Positions 1-12,600 of a DNA stretch of 64,000 nt are shown in pieces. How positions within the stretch are numbered: position 1 is the stretch's first letter; each line of letters starts with the position of its first letter. A program made the position numbers and the translations under genes. Location of the stretch: positions 21,266,001-21,330,000 of the forward strand of contig JAQFVV010000005.1 in assembly GCA_028023455.1 (NCBI GenBank), in the 5' to 3' direction. The notes beneath the pieces are model-generated. The model did not search any database and had not been told where the DNA came from. It worked only from the letters and a program-made list of their open reading frames with translations. Source of the DNA: Epiperipatus broadwayi (taxonomy: Eukaryota; Animalia; Onychophora).

Positions 1-602
1 TAACCTTATTAAAATATTTTAATATTTTAATGACCTAAATTGATTTAAAAATAAAATATTACACTTAAATAAAATAATTATTTTCATTACTACTTTGCTA
101 ATATTATCTCTAGACTTAATATTTGCTACACTTCATTATGTATCAAATTTTTGTTAACAAGCTAAAATCAAAGTTTTCTTTCCCTAACTTTTTGTAACCC
201 TGCATAGTCATACAATCACCTATAACCATGTGATACTTTCAGCACATTTCAAACTAATATTAAATTAACTATCATTTAAACAATATTTTAAAAAATAATT
301 ACTTTAAACCTATAATATAAAATATTTATTGCTATAATTAAGCTATTCTATCTCTTTTAGTATTTGTAAATATAATAAATAAAAATTAATATTATCTTTT
401 AAACAACTTATTGTATCATTTTATTTAATTCATTTCCAAATGAGTTCAAACTATCTAATATATCTTTATAAGCTTCTATCTACTGAGTTTGAATGAGCTA
501 TCTATAACATCAAAATTATATGCTAGAAAATAACAAATTTAATTTTTTTTAATATGGCTATTTATCCAACCCTACCTGAACTATCTGTACCTATTATAAA
601 GG

Positions 603-603
<1 letters not shown>

Positions 604-670
<67 letters not shown>
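604..670. repeat. (TA)n microsatellite
   Basis: Uninterrupted TA dinucleotide run. Confidence 0.97.
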
Positions 671-673
<3 letters not shown>

Positions 674-1850
674 GCCAGGTTTGAACCATCGATGATCCAA
701 CATACTCTACTTGCTGGGTTTATCTGGGTTTAAACCTTATTTATAATTTTATACTATAAATATTACATGAACAAACTGGCCTTTGAGCAGAGGGGAGAAT
801 ATTATTGATAGCAGGGCTGTCAACAATACCCACAATCAGACTGAGCTATGCAACGCATAACATGATCACATTTCCAGATCATGGCCCACCTTGACTGCTA
901 AATTCAAACCCTACTGTCCAACCACTTTATTTGTTTCAGAGTAAACCCCGGGAACCAGCTAGTTTCTAAAACTAACATGTTTGGACAGTAGGCCCATAAT
1001 CCAGCACTTGAAAAATCCCTTACCTAGCTCAGTCTATTTTTAATTCAATAACAAATTATTTCAATTGGTGGTAAAAAGAATTGACCGACAAATTAAACTT
1101 TAGGTTTCAAGATAATTTATTTTACTAAACATTTATTATTCTACTTTTAATTTACTTATGAGAACTTATTTACATGAACAGGGGCTTATCATAACTTCAG
1201 GCTCACACATATATAATAGTGATATAATATAACAAAGAATTAAATAATATTTGACATTTAAAATACAATGAAATCAATATATATCATAATGCATTAGCAC
1301 ACACAACATTTCAAAACATGCACATCAATAGTTCGTTTATGCATGCTTATAGAGTTCATTATTATTTGACTCTGGGAGGCTTCAAACAAATGTGATGGCT
1401 ACTTTGGAAATGAGAATAAGAAAAATGTTATTACCTAGGATTTTAGAACATGGACTTCTTCCTGCTGTTTCCTGTGAACTTTATTTTAATAGGATTTTGT
1501 TTTCTTTCTGGTGGCTGCTTCAAGTGAGAATATTTCCAGCTGGCCGGATTCGACATTTTCTTGAGAAGGTTTATTATTCAGTGGCCCTATTTTTGAAGAC
1601 AGTTAAATATTGACAGCAGATTTCAAGTTGTTTGGCAAGCATTATCCTTTTCCAGGCAGATTGGATGTTTCATCAGACTAACACTGCATTGTCGACTGAT
1701 CGATTGACTGATTTAATCTGATGTGATCTCACTGAACTGAACTGCACTCTTTCTCAACTGTAATCTCAACTGTTTGTTTGATGAAAAACTGGACTATTTA
1801 TTCATAAGACCTGTTGTCATTTTGATGTCTGCCAGTGATGTCTGTTGTCA
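671..1850. mobile_element. possible decayed solo LTR / LTR-like remnant
   Basis: Starts TGT right after a TA run, is more GC-rich than the flanks, and has ACTGA-rich short repeats (1700-1770). No partner LTR, PBS or TSD found; right boundary is a guess. Confidence 0.3.
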
Positions 1851-3266
1851 AAATTTCTTCCTTGTTTTTAATCACATTCCTCTAGATAAGCTTTTAATTA
1901 TATGTTGTTGGAGATCCTTTAATTAGCAGCCATCGCATGTTTTGTTTTTACATTTTTAATTAGTAGCCATCGCTGAGTGTTTTTAATTTTTTAACTTTCG
2001 TTTATTCCATTTTAACATGCATACATTTTGTTATGTTTACAATTGCACACATAAATTTTACTATTCCTTATACTTAACATTAATTCGTCATTTACGCACA
2101 TGTATACTTTATTCTAATAAACTCAATATTAGTTTTAAGATTACTTTTTCTTTCTTTAACTCAAAAGAGATATTTTTTACTTATTTGAAAATCAACTTCT
2201 TTTAATTTTCCCCGTAACTATGAATTAATTGTTTTTTAGCAAAAAACTCTTTAACTTCTTTTATAAACTTTTAACTTAATGTTTCTAAAGCAAACCCCCT
2301 CCCTCTTCTAATTAATTAATTGTAACTTTTATTTCAACTACTAATAATAGAAAAAAAAGTTCTTTGACTTTTAATTTTACGTTTCGAAAACAAACTGCAA
2401 TAAAAAAACTCTTTAAACTTTTACATACTATTTTTTTTTATCGAACTGTATTTTATTTTAATAATTTTTAGACAAAATTAGATATATGTACCAATATGAT
2501 CTTGGTACATTATATACATATACGAACTAACTAAAGCAAAAATAAAAACATAATAAAAACACAGAATTACTTCTTTATAAAACTGCTTTAATATTTCAAC
2601 CAGCAGACCGGTTTTCATCAGAAAGTATATTGTTTAGAGATAATGGAATGCTTAGTTAAAAAGCCTACATGAAAATTTACAAAATTAAAAAATAAACTAT
2701 TTCATTATAGAAAATAATGCATTGAATATATATTTGCTATATAACTAATGTATGCTCTCTCTGACACCTTTACAGATAATGGCTTTTAAATCTGGTAAAC
2801 AATTATCAATATCTGATGATTTTCATCTATGGTTTAATAGTTATGCATACAGTGGAAGTATTTCTTTTAACCTGTGTTTTATTCCAAAGTAACAAACCAA
2901 AAAAGATTGCATACTTCAGAATTATGAGACATATAATAATCAAAAATTAAAATAGTAAAGATTTTTTTTTTTGCTATTGTGATCAGTTTGGTAGCAGCAA
3001 TTTGAACTGCAGTAGGCTGTGGAATTGTAATTTAATTGGTGCAATCATGATAATGTCTCTTGCCTATAATCATTAGGTGATCTATGTTTAAGCATTCAAT
3101 GACACAAATTTATTCTTGATGTTGCAGACAAATTTAATACTAGCAATATTGAATCAGAATTGAAAGATATCAATGATGTCATTAAAACAATGTTTTTTTC
3201 AGTCATTTAGCTCATCTCTGAATATCTGATAACATTTATTTTGACATTGCAAACAATTTAATATTT

Positions 3267-3742
3267 AAAAAGTCAAAAACTTCACATAAATATATCGGAG
3301 AGACTTTCTTTTCAAAAAATTTATTGATATACATAATATAAACTACATAAATAAAATATAAATATCCAACGTTTCGTCCATTTTTCAATAATAATATGGA
3401 CTTTATCAAGGTTCTATAAAACAGAGAAAAAACAACATTAAAGATAATAAAAATAAGAAAAATAAGAAAATCTTTTTCTTTTTATTTTCTTATTTTTTAT
3501 TTTTATTTTTATTATTTTTATTATCTTTAATGTTGTTTTTTCTCTGTTTTATAGAACCTTGATAAAGTCCATATTATTATTGAAAAATGGACGAAACGTT
3601 GGATATTTATATTTTATTTATGTAGTTTATATTATGTATATCAATAAATTTTTTGAAAAGAAAGTCTCTCCGATATATTTATGTGAAGTTTTTGACTTTA
3701 TAAATTTGATAATACATTTGAAAAGATAGAAAAAGAAGAAGT
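3267..3742. mobile_element. hairpin non-autonomous element, family A (Penelope pseudo-LTR-like)
   Basis: Near-perfect inverted arms (~3267-3460 vs ~3500-3700). Flanked by 12-bp direct repeat AATTTAATATTT (3255-3266 and 3743-3754). Each arm has a hammerhead-like motif. Confidence 0.85.
3551..3606 (+). ncRNA. minimal type I hammerhead ribozyme, U3-A8 core variant (identical copy on - strand 3362-3417)
   Basis: CC-TTGATAA-A-GTCCAT(loop)ATGGAC-GAAA-CGTT-GG: core UUGAUAA, 6-bp stem II, GAAA, palindromic ACGT stem III, GUU site, short stem I. Confidence 0.65.
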
Positions 3743-4559
3743 AATTTAATATTTCTAATATTGAAACAGCTTTACCTGCTGGTAATAATAAAATAATGTT
3801 CTTGCGTAAAATCATCAATTGATTCATTTTTAAGCATCTGATAGCCAAATTATTCTTAATGTGATGGACCAGTCCATAGAAGCAGCTTTACAGTGTAGTA
3901 GACTACAAAAGAAATTTGTCAGCATCACCAAAATTGTTCCTCTTAAGTCTTTCATTAGTCTTCTTTGTCATATAACACACATTTATCTTCACATTGTAGA
4001 ACATTTACTACTAGCAATATTGAATCGTATATATATATATATATATATAATTAAATAGTGACCTTGGCTAAAGCCATCTTTGAGCAGCTAACAATTTTAA
4101 CTTGACAAACTGGGAATTTCAGTACTAGCAACATTGTATCAATACTATGTAATATGACTTCTTGACTAAGATAGTGCCTCTTAACTGAAATTATTAGTAT
4201 ATTTATTATTAGGCATCTGACAGTACACATTTATTTTGATATTGTTGACAATTTTGTCTCATCTTACAACAAAGTTATGAGCGAGATCTGGTGGTCTCAT
4301 TATGACAATGACTCCGACCTAAAATACTAAACAATTCAGAAACTATTACCATTGTGGCAGAGTTGTGCAGTGACACTTATTAGTGTACAATGATTTGGAA
4401 AAAAATAAATGTAATATTTGAGCTGGCTTTTAAAAATTTTTGATTTCAGTTTGGTGAAACGTTTTTAGATAAAATGTTGCTGAATAACTGATTGAAATTG
4501 AATCCACAATATGTTTTTGTTTTTATTATCACTAATATAGTTTTTATAAAATATTCACA

Positions 4560-4764
4560 TGTCATCATCATCATCAACCATTATCAATGCACTGCAGGAT
4601 GAAGGTCTCTCCAAGTTTAATCCATCTTCTCCAATCTTTAGCTTCTCTTCTCCACATCACCTCTGCACACTTTCTTATTTCATCCATCCATCTCACATGT
4701 GGTCTCTTTCTGGGTCTTTTACAATCTCTTGGAATCCAGTTTAAGATTTCAATTGTCCATCTAT
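4560..4764 (-). mobile_element. 5'-truncated RTE LINE 3' end
   Basis: Near-identical to the 3' end of the RTE at 25680-25878, including the (GAT)n tail. Minus frame reads NWIPRDCKRPRKRPHVRWMDE. Confidence 0.93.
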
Positions 4765-5716
4765 TGACTTATGTAAGAGATTATATATATATTCTTCATA
4801 CCATTAAATAATAATTGAATAGTTTTGTTGTTTAGGAGTTCGTAAGAAGTTAAATGCTGAAAATAACAGAGCTGAATGAAATAAAATAAAATACATTCAA
4901 AAATACAGCATAAATAATGGCCAAACTATTGAAAACATCATGCATGACCATGACTGCACAAAACACACAGACACATTTTTTTTTTTTACTCAACTACTTA
5001 TAATTTAAATCTACCCTTTTCACCTACCTTTTATATTAAATGGAGTTTATGGAAAATTTATTTAATATAAAAGGTAAATGAAAGTACATTTAAATTTTGG
5101 ATATATTTGTAAAATTGTACTTTAGAAAGTGCGTGTGTGCATTGTATATCTTTGTATTTGCACTTGAAAGGACCTATGTATATGACTACATATCACAATC
5201 AGATATTAAGTTTTTTAATACTGTAACTAGTATTGTTAAAGTTAATTTTTTTTTTAAATTTTATATTATTATCATGCCTGAGTAGGAGCCTATAGTACCC
5301 TAGTAGAACATTTACTTCCTGTACATACAAGTTAGTAATGACCAAGGCTAGATAACTATTAAATTTCTTCAGGTTTTAATTAAGTTTAGGGTTTTTATGA
5401 GATAGCTAACCAATAGCCAATCTAGATAACTATTCAGTATTGGTCAGTCAATGGGTATCTTAGTATTTTCAACTAGATAAAACGAATGAAAAACTGCTTA
5501 AATCCTCTGTACCATCAGTAAACAAACCTTAAAACTATTACTTCCTTTATCACTATTCCTTTTGGATTAATTGGAAAGAGGTATTTGCCTCTTAGAATCT
5601 ATTCAGATAATTTACATAGTCTTAGATAAAACTATTTAACAATGACATGCAAATGAATTTATATGTTTACAATGATTTTCTTATGTTTTAAAAGAATATT
5701 TATATATTTTTCACAG

Positions 5717-5841
5717 TGTTGCCACATGTTTGGGTGCTAAAACAGTCTGCCAGCAGATTTTGGATTACACAAAGGAACATCCAGTAATATCATGTGTAGT
5801 TTCGGATCGGGATGCTGTTAATGCTTGTATACAGTTTGCTG
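5717..5841 (+). CDS. SDS: L-serine/threonine dehydratase, penultimate coding exon (phase 2 to phase 1)
   Basis: ttttcacag|...GCTG|gtgaga. Translates VATCLGAKTVCQQILDYTKEHPVISCVVSDRDAVNACIQFA, matching SDS 'VAKALGVKTV...EHPIFSEVISDQEAVAAIEKF'. SDS versus SDSL cannot be resolved. Confidence 0.92.
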
Positions 5842-6469
5842 GTGAGACACATTTTATTCACAGAAGTAATGAAAAATAAATGTAATTAGTGATAATTTTT
5901 TTTAGTGTTTTATTTTTATTATATATTAGCCTTTTTTGACCTCTTGAATGGCATTGACTGCTCCCCTATAGCTTCCGCTATGCATACTCTGTGAAGCATT
6001 TATTTTTAATGGTAGTTGTTTGATTTTAGTTTCTTTTCAATGCTTTTTAATTAGCATGTTAATTGTAGTTCTAGTAATATTCAGGGAGACATCTTTATTT
6101 TCGTACTTCTTTCTACTGCGCATGTGCAAAAGAGATAAAAGAGCCATCATATTTTGTCTTAGCTTTGGAAATTTTTTAAGCAATAATTTTTCCTCCCATA
6201 TATATAATCAAATTTACTTTAAATCAATCTGCAAATGCATTTAGATATTTTATATATATATATATGTTTTGCAATTTACTTCATATATTGAAATAACTTA
6301 ACATTTTATGATTTTAGTTTTATGATTTTGACGTCAATTATTTTATGATCTTGATTTATGTTTTTCATTTCATTACACTTTGGATGTATTTTTTTTACTT
6401 CATATGATGATAATATTTCAAAACTTTTAAGATTTCTATTGTGTGTTTATATATACATTATTTAGTATG

Positions 6470-6570
6470 TAATATTCATTAAGGCTGTAGCCTCAAGCAC
6501 ATGCGTATAAAATGCGATAGTAGGGACCTCTACAGGTCTTAAAACCACAAGCTTACTCATTGAAAGAAAA
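6470..6570. repeat. dispersed repeat family G copy
   Basis: TAAGGCTGTAGCCTCAAG...GGGACCTCTACAGGTCTTAA..CCACAAGCTTAC, shared with 49660-49770 and 61492-61683. Confidence 0.85.
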
Positions 6571-6827
6571 GATGTTGAAAAATAAAAATAAATTCACATT
6601 AAAAGTTTAATGAGATGTAACTTAAGTGCAGATATATATATAAATTTATTTTTTTGAAATATGGATTGTAAATTATTATAGTAATATATTTCAATTTATT
6701 GTTCCCCGAATAAGCTTATATTCTTACCATCACATATTTAATAGTCATAATTTATTTATGGGCTTGGATTAATAGAATATCACATGATCACCATTCCTTA
6801 TGCTTATACAAGCTGATAACATGCAGG

Positions 6828-7690
6828 CAAAACTCTCCATACAGTGTGCCACTCAGTGCAAGCCAGAGTAATCAATGAATGCAGAAAGGTGTGTGCCTAA
6901 AATCCTTATCTACAGACTCATCCAATATCCCCAGGCTAGGTTCTAGCTTGCAGCTTTCATCAGTGATGAGCTTTGGACCTGAGAACACTGTACCTAGATC
7001 TGAGAATGTAATGCTCTCCTCCAGTAGCCACCTTTTACCTTATTAGCTAACTATAAAGCTTTGGGTTCAAAATGAAAGCACTAATATTTTCAATTCCAGC
7101 TCATTTTTTTGTATAGTCATATAGATCTGAACTGAGTTCAGCATCTATCCATTTTGGTCACTTTGGTTCTTTAATAACCACAATCACCTTTATCCTACTG
7201 GGAAAGTTATACATTTCAATGACTTTGGTTCTTTAATAAACACAGTTACCATTATCTTATTGAATCAGGATTGGTATTAAACCACTAAATTGTTTAATGA
7301 TTTGATACCAATTCTTCCCAATAGAATTATGATGACTGTGATAAGAACCAAAGTCAAAATGTACAGATACTGAACTGAGTTCAGATCTATAAGACTATAC
7401 AAGAAAATGAGCTTGAATTGAAAACATTATTGTATTGTTAATTTTGACTCAAAGCTATATAGTTAATTTAAAAAAATAAAAGATGGATACTGGAGGTTTG
7501 CATTAGATCCTAAGGTCTTTGTGCAGTGCTTTCAGATCCAAGGCTCCTCACTGGTGAAAACCACAAGCTAGAAACTAATCTGAGGATATTGGATGAATAT
7601 GCACTAGATAGGGATTTTATGCACAAATCTTTCTGCATCTATTGATTATTCTGGCTTGCACTGAGTGGTACTACTGTATGGAGAGTTTTG
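6828..7690. mobile_element. old hairpin element, family D, with decayed hammerheads
   Basis: ~380-bp diverged inverted arms (CAAAACTCTCCATACAG...CTGTATGGAGAGTTTTG). Decayed CUGAUGA/GAAA motifs at 6929-6971 (-) and 7546-7585 (+, stem I CCTCA/TGAGG). Confidence 0.75.
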
Positions 7691-7795
7691 TCTCTGTGAA
7701 TAGTAGAATACATTAAAAAAAAACTTTTTTGATATGATACAAAAAAGTTTTTATTTTCTCTTATAACCATATATATTTTAATGTGTGAAGTAATG

Positions 7796-7977
7796 CATTT
7801 AAATCAATTTAATTAGAAACCACTTAACCTAGAACAATAGCCCCAGGCCATGAGTCAAAGTAAACTGACAGACTGATGCATTTAGAAGGAGGATCATCAT
7901 TCTGTCAGTTTACTTTGACTCTTGGCCTGGGGAAATTGTTCTAGGTTAAGTGCTTTCTAAATAAGTTGATTTAAATG
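7796..7977. mobile_element. MITE-like foldback
   Basis: ~75-bp inverted arms CATTTAAATCAA...GAGTCAAAGTAAACTGACAGA / TCTGTCAGTTTACTTTGACTC...TTGATTTAAATG. Confidence 0.75.
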
Positions 7978-8242
7978 AGGAAGTCCACACATTCAAGATT
8001 TCCATCTAAATATCCATTAAAAATATTGTATTACAATATACAACCTACCTGGATGGGGTTTATTATATAGTAAGAAAATTGAAAAAGTTTGTTATACTTT
8101 GATTTCTTACACCTATAAATGTAAACTGCAGTACTTTGATCTCTATATTAGATCTAGAGTGGCATTTAAAAGAGGGATTCTCCTTTTTAATTTTAGGATC
8201 CTCTTTTTGGATGCATGTTTGTCAAGATTTCTGTATATATAT

Positions 8243-9628
8243 TGTTATATCTGCAAGAATGTCTATGCAGTCATGAAATAAATATACACAATATTTTACT
8301 TAGTCTGAATAGTGAATAGTTTGCAACACTCTCCATAGTTCTCTGGCAACGGATGCTCTGCAACGAATGCTCTGCTCTGCAACGAATGCTCTACTATGCT
8401 GTGGTCTTCCCATTTCTGTGTGCTCTTTCAGCTACACCTGTGGATTACACTTCCACTGGGCACTGGTCATTTACCGCAAGCAGTGATGTGAGATATCTCT
8501 ACTCAAAACTACTAAATGTCTACTGCCGTTGTACTCCAAATATGGCTGCAAATAACTGCCTTACCCTGCATAGTTGTTACACCGTCTTTTATTGCTTGCT
8601 GATAACTGTAGCAATTAATCCTTGTCCAATCAGATACTGTCTTTTATTCAGAAATATTTGCAATCAGCAAATATCTCTTGGAATTATCGTCCGCCATTAC
8701 GTTACTTAACTTCCTCCGTTATCAGCGCGCGATCTACAACATCCACTCGAACAAATTCTAGTTTTTCTGGAGTGCACAAACTTGCATTCAATTTTTACAA
8801 AATACAACACCTCCCTCCACTCCAGAAAAACCCTTGTTGCAATTCATTGATGTTTTCTTTTTCTATTCCAACTTGGCCGAAACATATTTCCTGTTATTTC
8901 CAAACTTACAGCGTTGTTATATCACATAGACTTGCTATTCATTTCCTTTATTAACATTACTAACTTGTTGAAATGCAAAACTTATTCGCTACTTACAGGT
9001 TCCAAATGTGACTGCACCAATGTTATATCCACAAGAATGTCTGTGCAGTCACCAAATAAATATACACAATATTTTATTTAGTCTGAATAGCGAATAGTTT
9101 GCAACACTCTATCTCCATAGTTCTCTGGCAACGGATGCTCTGCAACGAATGCTCTGCTCTGCAACTAATGCTCTACTCTGCAACGAATGCTCTGCTCTGC
9201 AACTAATGCTCTACTCTGCTGCGGTCTCCCATTTCTGTGGGCTCTTCCAGCTACACCCATGGACTACATTTCCACTGGGCGCTGGTCATTTACCGCAAGC
9301 ACTGACGTGAGATATCTCTACTCAAAACTACTAGATGTCTACTGCCATTGTACTCCAAATATGGCTGCGAATAACTGCCTTGCCCTGCGTAGTTGTTACA
9401 CCGTATTTTATTGCTTGCTGATAACTGTAGCAATTAATCCTTGTCCAATCAGATAATGTCTTTTATTCAGAAATATTTGCAATCAGCAAATATCTCTTGG
9501 AATTATCGTCTGCCATTACGTTACTTAACTTCCTCCGTTATCAGCGCGCGATCTACAACAACCACTCGAACAAATTCTAGTTTTTCTGGAGTGCACAAAC
9601 TTGCATTCAATTTTTACAAAATACAACA
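8243..9628 (-). mobile_element. complete miniature LTR retrotransposon (TRIM-like)
   Basis: LTRs 8243-8809 and 9021-9628, both TGTT...AACA. PBS TGGTGCAGTCAC (9008-9019, -), PPT GGAGTGGAGGGAGG (8810-8823, -), 5-bp TSD TATAT, and only 211 bp of non-coding interior. Confidence 0.9.
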
Positions 9629-12600
9629 TATATATTGTAACCTTACAGTTGGGCTTGATGTTCTTCAAGCCATATTTTATTAGTTTATTAACTAAAATTT
9701 TAATTTTTGATCAATAATAATCTTAATTATTAAATCTGTGATTTAAGTCTATGGTGAGGTCTAATGATTATTAATTTTAGGAAATAAAAATCAATAAACT
9801 TAATAAATAAATCTCTTTAGAATGGTAAAGAGTTGGACTGTTCAACATATATGTTAGCCATCTGTCAAATTGAGTGTCTCACATACGATCTGTCAGATAA
9901 ATTAGCTTCAGTATTTCTAATATAATAATTTAATATTGTTATTGAATAAAACCATAGAAGTACTTAATATTTTTTATTGTTAAATAATAGCTTTTTGACA
10001 GACTTAAAATTATAATTATTTTTAAGTTTAACAATATAATTAATCTTTAAATATATTCTTACTGTAATCTAAAATATTGTTTTTAAAGGTGGCGATTTAT
10101 TAATTTTAGGCAAATTTAATCACTTACAATAATACGTTTGTTTTATTGTTTTACAGTCAGCCCCTTGGCTAAAAGTCTATAAATAGGTTTCCACCAATAA
10201 AGTAAGGAAAGATTATTATAGATTGGCGGAGACTATTACAGATTGTCAGGAAAGATAGCGACTGTGAAAGAAGCCTATCTATTGTGTAATATAAGTAAAT
10301 TATTTGAAATTTATTACTTTCTGTAGTAAAAAGTATAAATTATTTTTGATTATTCATTAGTAAACCATGAAATAAAATTTAAAGGATTTTTCATCCATGG
10401 GAGAACACATTGTTGACTATCAGCTGATAATTAGACATTGGAATTCATTATCAAGAAAAAGTTATATCAAGGAAATGGCCGCCAAAAGTAAACCTAACTA
10501 TAATAAGTTTGAAAAACTCATAAATCTGAATTTTCAATAATTATATCATAAAGGTTTTAGTTATAACAGCCATAAGATGCATAGTAAACATTGCTATAAT
10601 AAATTTGAAATTGTAATTAAAAATAAATTTGGAACTTTCATTCATAAGGAAAATGGAAATTGAAGTATAGTAAGAGCAATATATATGACTTTTATTGCTA
10701 AATAATTCCCTTAGTACACTCAGAAGATATTTCTGTAAAATGGAACATTATTCTGAGATAAGTATATATGCCATTAATTATATCTGATGTTATAGAATTT
10801 ATAAATGCACAGGAGACAATTACACTTATTTCATTATCCTTAAATTGGTAACAATAATACTTCATCCTAGTCTAAGTTCCACTACTTATGAATAAATGGA
10901 TTATTGATATTAGAGTTATTAAAAGAAATACTTACCTTGAAATTATTAGTGTTAAATGATATAAATTACCTTAAACTCAATAAAAGAAAAACCGAATATG
11001 ACTGCATAAAACTTTACCTGGCCTTAGCAAAATTGTCATGTTTATTAAATAGAATAATAGTATTTACCAATATTGCTTTACCATTCAACTTAATCCCAAA
11101 TGTATAATTTATCATGATAGTAATAGTGTGAATTTTAAAGAAATTATAATAGAATATTTACTGGATGACTAAATTGTGCTTTCAAACTAAATAATTATCT
11201 CCTATAATAATATTGAAATCAGCTTTCATCTTTAGCATTATATTTTCATCCATTTTAAATTTTAAAAGTATTAAAAGAGGAAACTGTAATTATTTAATGA
11301 CTTGACAATTCCCTTGATAATAATTTAATTAATAAATGTTTATTTGATTTGTTCCATACTTTAATTGGTATTCACAGGGAGAAGAAATAATTTGCTTAAG
11401 ATATTTATGGAGAAAAAATGCCGTGACAACTCAAGATAAATAAGATAGTATGATAAGTAAAGACATATTACGAGGCTTAGAATAATTCAGCAGCATAAAT
11501 TGCAACGTACAAGTCTTTTTTTTCACAGAAGAAATGTGAAGAAATCTTATTTGAGAATATATATTTTTTATTATTGTGTGTTATTATAATCTTATGTGTT
11601 TAATATTTGTATGTTCAGTAACCTGTTTGCTTATGAACAAAAAGGATCCAAGAGAAAATACAAATTGGGTGTACGTATATATATATGTGTGTGTGTGTGT
11701 GTGTGCGTGTGTTAAAATTTGAGAGATTCATAATAATATCTATAGTTAAACATGGGTTTATATTTAAAAGTGATCACAAAGAAAGGTAAAATCATTTTGT
11801 GATAAACTGTTAAACTTTATAAGGTTACTATGATATGTTTTTAATATGTTTTGGTAAAGCCTGCAATTACTAAATGATCATGTGAGGTAAAATTCAATTT
11901 TAATCAAATCCAGGCATATTTAATATTATGTTTCATGTTGTCTTACATAACTAATTACCGATAATAATTATTACAGTTGGAGATCATTCTCAGGTTGATA
12001 ATTAATATTTTTATTTCTGTGTATTAATTTGATTATATTCCGTTTGTTTGGTGTTCACACTTATAAGATAGATGTTGTTTATTGGTAAGATTTGGTTGTT
12101 GCCATATTAGAGAATTATGATATATTGTGTTGCTATTTTTGTTATTTGTCTGTATATCCATATTATCTCATGTAAGGTGTACTTCTTTTCTTACACCTTT
12201 CTTTAGCCTGCATGAAAATGTAAAACATCATCATCATGGGTGAATCACATATACTGCCCATAGATTTTTGAGCTAATCAAAGCCTGTATTCTTATAAAGG
12301 ACTTTCATGTATTTTCTTAGCTAAGGATTAATTGCCGCTTAATCCTCACATTCCTAAGGTGTTCCCAAATAATCGCACTGGGATTTCAGATCATCCATAG
12401 TCATGGAATGACTATGGTCTAGATTACTGGTATACTTATTTGCCTTGGCTCAACACTGATATACTATATGGCATTAGATTTCATCCTATTAAGTCTTGAC
12501 AATTTAATATTCAGTAACAAAGAAATCATCAGTGAAGGTATAAATGATGTATATGAACCATGTTAGCATTAAGCAAATGGTGATAGTAAATAATAATATT

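Noticed and set aside
8353-9683. Paired ORFs 8353/9187 and 8622/9441 as a duplicated gene
   Set aside because: They lie within the two LTRs of the TRIM-like element and have no protein motifs.
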